From the NCBI GenBank assembly GCA_011364975.1, contig RDOE01000003.1, forward strand, positions 14,565 through 78,564: a DNA stretch of 64,000 bases, in the 5' to 3' direction. The DNA comes from Promethearchaeota archaeon (GTDB lineage: Archaea; Asgardarchaeota; Lokiarchaeia; Sigyniarchaeales; SOKP01). The position numbers were made by a program, and so were the translations under genes. The notes under the pieces are model-generated. The model was not told where the DNA came from, ran no database searches, and saw nothing but the letters and a program-made list of their open reading frames with translations. Shown piece after piece: positions 60,229-64,000 of this stretch (position 1 is its first letter; the number at the start of each line of letters is the position of its first letter).

Positions 60229-61464
60229 ATGAAAGAGACAAAATGGTTTAATAATAAATGGTGGGTTTCTCCAATAAATTATTTTGAAGAATTAAGGGAA
60301 AATTTTCAACTTCCTCCCAAAGTGTTTGTACGAGATTCCACTATCAGAGAGGGTGAAGAAACACCTGGAGTTTATTATGATTTAGAAGAAAAAGTAAAAA
60401 TCGTCGAGAAATTGGAAGAAGTTAATGTAAGGCATATTGATTGCGGTTATATCGGTCAGGTGCAAGACCAATGGGATTTGGCAAATAAAATTAAGGAATT
60501 GGGTATTAATATGAAAACTTACACCCATTTGAGTTCAAATCCTGCAAGATGGAATGATGAAATAAATAAATCACTCAAAGCTAAATGTGACTATATTGGT
60601 TTTGGCATAGTTTTAACCGATTGGCAATTAGGATTATTTACAAATAATGAAAAAATTACACCTGAAGTGATTATTTCACTTATTCCTTCAATAGTGAAGA
60701 GAGTTAAACGTTTAGGAGGTAATACAATTCTTGATTGTGTTGATGCCACACGATCTGATGTATCAATTCTTTTGAAAGCAATAGAGAAGGGTATTAAATA
60801 TGGTGTAAAAATGGTAATGTTATATGATACAGTCGGAGCATGCAACGTATCGGCGATTTCTTATTTGATAAAAAAAATTAAACCTATTGCAAAAGATATT
60901 CCAATAGGAATTCACGTTCATGATGATTTTGGATTAGGGACAGCTTCTACTATAGCTGCAGTAGAACAAGGAGCTACTTTTATGGACTTAATAGTAAATA
61001 AATTAGGAGATCGCGCTGGAAATACCTCTTTAGAAGAAGTGGTTGTTGCATTAGAGATGCTCTATGGAATAGATACAGGGATTGATCTTTCAAAACTATT
61101 TGAACTAAGTAAGCTTGTCGAAAAGTATTCAAAAGTACCAATTCCATTTAATAAGCCTGTTGTTGGCAAAAATACCTTCTTACATGAGAGCGAACTTCAT
61201 GTAATGAGTGCTTTAAAGAAAGATAAATACTGGATGTGCTTTACTCCGTATCGCCCCGAAATCGTCGGTCAAAAAGAGCATTTGATTTTTGGCCCCACCA
61301 CCCTACATGGAGATGCTATTAAAATAAAGTGTGAACAATTAGGATATCAAAATTACAATAATTATATCGATGAGATTCTAAATAGAGTTCATTTAATTAT
61401 ATCCAAGAGAAAATATGTTACAGAAAAAGAGTTGGAAGATGTTATAAAAGAAATTATTATCTAA
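60229..61464 (+). CDS. Second DRE-TIM acyl-CoA condensing enzyme, no regulatory domain
   Basis: DSTIREGEET, YDTVG, HVHDDFGLG, GDRAGN..LEE and KPVVG.N.F.HES. Confidence 0.87.
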   Translation: MKETKWFNNKWWVSPINYFEELRENFQLPPKVFVRDSTIREGEETPGVYYDLEEKVKIVEKLEEVNVRHIDCGYIGQVQDQWDLANKIKELGINMKTYTHLSSNPARWNDEINKSLKAKCDYIGFGIVLTDWQLGLFTNNEKITPEVIISLIPSIVKRVKRLGGNTILDCVDATRSDVSILLKAIEKGIKYGVKMVMLYDTVGACNVSAISYLIKKIKPIAKDIPIGIHVHDDFGLGTASTIAAVEQGATFMDLIVNKLGDRAGNTSLEEVVVALEMLYGIDTGIDLSKLFELSKLVEKYSKVPIPFNKPVVGKNTFLHESELHVMSALKKDKYWMCFTPYRPEIVGQKEHLIFGPTTLHGDAIKIKCEQLGYQNYNNYIDEILNRVHLIISKRKYVTEKELEDVIKEIII

Positions 61465-61561
61465 AATTAAGACACCTCAAATAATTTTTGATACCAAATC
61501 CTGATAATTCTCTATTGCATAACATGATAAAATAAAGGAATTTCTTACTTACGATTTGTAA

Positions 61562-61789
61562 TTATGCTTTTTGGATTTTAGCATAATAATGTTCCCCATC
61601 AAATCTAATTTCTAAAAGTTTATCATCAACCTTTTCGAGATATCGCTTAATATTCTCACCAGCTTCAGCAAAATCTCCCGTAACTTCCAAAATATCCCCA
61701 ATTTGCATTTCCATTAACTTTCTTTTAGTTTTCGCAACTGGTAATGGACAAACCAATCCGGATAAATCCAATTTTTGAGTATTAACCAT
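61562..61789 (-). CDS. tusA: TusA/SirA family sulfur carrier
   Basis: LDLSGLVCPLPV...K..L..M..G..LEV. Confidence 0.9.
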   Translation of the reverse strand: MVNTQKLDLSGLVCPLPVAKTKRKLMEMQIGDILEVTGDFAEAGENIKRYLEKVDDKLLEIRFDGEHYYAKIQKA

Positions 61790-61811
61790 ATTTTACAACA
61801 CCTCCTAATTT

Positions 61812-62171
61812 CTAACTAAACAAAATGTTATCCGCTTCTGCACACATTTCTACAAATCCATGCATAGTGGTTTTAGATATACCTGGTATTAATTCATCAT
61901 CAGTTAATCCGCGGGCTTTCATACAAACACCACATGCCAATACTTTAGCCCCTTCTTCAATTACATCAGTCATCCATTTTCCAACATTATCATATGTTGA
62001 AGGTTCTTGATTTTTCTTTCCAACAAAAATACCATCTTCTACTAAAAAAATATTTATCTTATGACCTTCCAATAAAGCTGTATAGGCGAACCTAAGCATG
62101 GTGTAAGGTCGCTCTGAAGTATAAGCGCCATTTGCAATAACTACTGTAAATATCTTATTCTTAGATGCCAT
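61812..62171 (-). CDS. DsrE/TusD family sulfur relay protein
   Basis: AY.SERPY..LRFA, IFL.EDG....KK.Q and ACGVC..ARG. Confidence 0.9.
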   Translation of the reverse strand: MASKNKIFTVVIANGAYTSERPYTMLRFAYTALLEGHKINIFLVEDGIFVGKKNQEPSTYDNVGKWMTDVIEEGAKVLACGVCMKARGLTDDELIPGISKTTMHGFVEMCAEADNILFS

Positions 62172-62201
62172 TCAAAATTTCACTTTTTCAATTTAAGATC
62201 A

Positions 62202-62286
62202 ATTACCTATTAATGATAGAGGTAATAAAATTTCAAATATTAATTTTTTCGTAATAATCTATTTATAATATCGATAAATAATCTAT
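62202..62286. promoter_or_regulatory. Candidate operator sites in the divergent dsrE/lysR spacer
   Basis: ATTACCT-N11-AGGTAAT (62202-62226) and imperfect ATCGAT-AAATA-ATCTAT (62270-62286). Confidence 0.35.
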
Positions 62287-62327
62287 CATAGAGTTTGACT
62301 ATAATATATATAAAGAAGTAAAATCCT

Positions 62328-63239
62328 ATGAATATAGAATATTTACGGAATTTTATTAAATTAATAGAATATAAGAGCTTCTCAGATTTAGCAAGAGATT
62401 TACCTATCACACAAAGCACACTTTCTCATCAAATTTCTCAGTTAGAGAAAGATTTGGATGTAATTCTAATCGACCGGTCAACAAAAAAGTTTGAAATAAC
62501 TGAAGTAGGAAAGCTATTCTTAAAATATGCAAAGCAGATTATAGAATTATATGATAATGCAATTCAAGAGTTATCAAAATATCGAAACCAAGATTATGAA
62601 ACAATTGTCATTTCAGCGTCTACAATTCCGGGTTCACACATATTACCTAAATATATAGCCCTATTTAGAAACCAAAATCCGAATGTAAATTTCAAGGTGT
62701 TAATTAATAATTCTCAAAAATCCATTGAGAATTTAATCAAAAAGTTAGCCGATTTTGCTGGGATCGGTAGTTTTATCACTTTTAATAAGAATGATTTTGA
62801 ATTCATTCAAATTGGAGAAGATCAATTCAAATTCATATGTGCTCCTAATCACGATTTATTAAAAAGTGGAAATAATATAATCAAATTTGAAGATTTATTA
62901 AATTACCCTTTCGTTTGGCGAGAAAAAGGTTCCGGAATGCGAGATACATTTAGTCAACAATTTCCCGATTATGAAAAGCTGAATATTGAATTAGAGATTA
63001 ATGATAATGATTCTATTATTTCTACAGTTAGTGAATCAAATTATATTAGTATAATGAGTGAAATAATGGCAATAAAGGCTGAAAATGCTGGTTTGATAAA
63101 AATGTTAGAGATAAAGAATCATCCGGTTATTGTTAAGAGACCTTTATACTTTATTCGAAGAAAAGAAGAAGAACAGACTGATCTAAAGGAATATTTCTGG
63201 AAATCTATAGCAAATAAATTAAAAAGAAATGATAAATAG
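62328..63239 (+). CDS. LysR family regulator (CysL/selenium-associated-like)
   Basis: SFS..A..L..TQSTLS.QI..LE..L...L.DR, ISASTIPG..ILP and WREKGSG.R. Confidence 0.92.
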   Translation: MNIEYLRNFIKLIEYKSFSDLARDLPITQSTLSHQISQLEKDLDVILIDRSTKKFEITEVGKLFLKYAKQIIELYDNAIQELSKYRNQDYETIVISASTIPGSHILPKYIALFRNQNPNVNFKVLINNSQKSIENLIKKLADFAGIGSFITFNKNDFEFIQIGEDQFKFICAPNHDLLKSGNNIIKFEDLLNYPFVWREKGSGMRDTFSQQFPDYEKLNIELEINDNDSIISTVSESNYISIMSEIMAIKAENAGLIKMLEIKNHPVIVKRPLYFIRRKEEEQTDLKEYFWKSIANKLKRNDK

Positions 63240-63244
63240 AATCT

Positions 63245-64000
63245 CTATTTTATTAGCATCCCAGTTTTATCGAAATTTAGAAAATAACTAATTTTTTCCT
63301 TGAGAGGATAAATACCTTCTTTAAAGAGTGTAATCAGAAAAATTGTAATAAATGCTATGGAACCTAAACCTGGAGCAAAATTGCTAAGTAAATCGACAAA
63401 CGTTGATGAAGAATCGATTGAAAAAATAGTATAAATCAAAGAAACAGCAGCGATTACAACCGAGAGAAAAGAAACTATAATTGCAGCCTTTTTACTAACA
63501 TTCAGGTGAAATGGACCTATATCTAAGTGAAAATGTTTTGGTTGTACTATTATTGATAAGATTGAATGATTAATCACTTTTTCTTCAAAATCAACATATA
63601 CATGAAGAAAACGACGTTCTCCTTCCTTTTTTTCCTTTTTCGAACGATCTTTATTCTTGAGAGCTAAAACGGAGAAGATAATCACTGGTGGATTTACAGC
63701 ATCTTTTTTTACTTCAACTTTACCATATAAGGGATGAACTTCAAACCCCTCACCCTCTACTCGTAAATTCAAGATAGGAGGCTCTTTTTTAGTAGTGACC
63801 ACTTTAAAAGAGGTTTCAAATATAGTTTTTCCCTCTTCATCCACAATCTTTAATTCTTTATGAGAAAGATATACATAAAATAAATAACTGTTTTGTTCCA
63901 TCATAACGGAGTAATATTGGAGCCCCATATTTATTTCATATACCGTAGGTTTTGGTTCTTCACCGAATATTTCCTTTATTTCTTTATCTCTAACTGATTC
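63245..64000 (-). CDS. Hypothetical membrane protein (2 C-terminal TM), 5' end beyond the window
   Basis: The frame stays open from the track's ATG 63928 to the window end (ESVRDKEIKEIFGEEPKPTVYEIN-MG). Confidence 0.7.
   Translation of the reverse strand, partial: ESVRDKEIKEIFGEEPKPTVYEINMGLQYYSVMMEQNSYLFYVYLSHKELKIVDEEGKTIFETSFKVVTTKKEPPILNLRVEGEGFEVHPLYGKVEVKKDAVNPPVIIFSVLALKNKDRSKKEKKEGERRFLHVYVDFEEKVINHSILSIIVQPKHFHLDIGPFHLNVSKKAAIIVSFLSVVIAAVSLIYTIFSIDSSSTFVDLLSNFAPGLGSIAFITIFLITLFKEGIYPLKEKISYFLNFDKTGMLIK

Noticed and set aside
2950-62010. Many short ORFs antisense to or nested in clear genes (e.g. 2950..3222, 5611..5907, 12134..13680 set, 27335..27909, 30621..31695, 39294..39722, 40110..40685, 59761..60063, 61825..62010)
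   Set aside because: Shadow frames of well-supported genes, with no recognisable motifs.
1-64000. CRISPR arrays, rRNA genes, transposases, integrases or prophage genes
   Set aside because: I saw no regularly spaced repeats, no long GC-rich RNA gene other than the tRNA, and no such protein motifs.

Overview
AT-rich (about 30% GC by eye), gene-dense archaeal DNA, most likely from an Asgard archaeon of the Lokiarchaeia type. This assignment is inferred from a Rag-like GTPase, two further small GTPases, a UEV-like/JAMM fusion, a Loki-CTERM-like tail, a thermosome, Cdc48 and an archaeal tRNA with a bulge-helix-bulge (BHB) intron. Main content: (i) an hdrA::mvhD-hdrC-hdrB-metV-metF-lrp operon, a second metVF pair, a core methionine synthase, a stand-alone cdhD and an FwdF-like polyferredoxin; (ii) an hsp20-cdc48-regulator heat-shock operon; (iii) a dapA/dapB/lysA/dapF lysine cluster; (iv) an uncharacterised cluster with two unusual DRE-TIM condensing enzymes, an Fe-S gene pair, an MFS transporter, a tautomerase and TusA/DsrE/LysR. 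Reading the DNA directly shows features the ORF track misses: tRNA-Pro(TGG) with a 28-nt intron at position 25/26, a candidate box C/D RNA with an extra 5' hairpin inside a 16-bp inverted repeat between dapB and lysA, three genes that appear to start at ATT behind Shine-Dalgarno (SD) motifs, and a 35-aa membrane peptide. No CRISPR array, rRNA or transposase was seen. All protein calls come from motif recognition; no database search was run.
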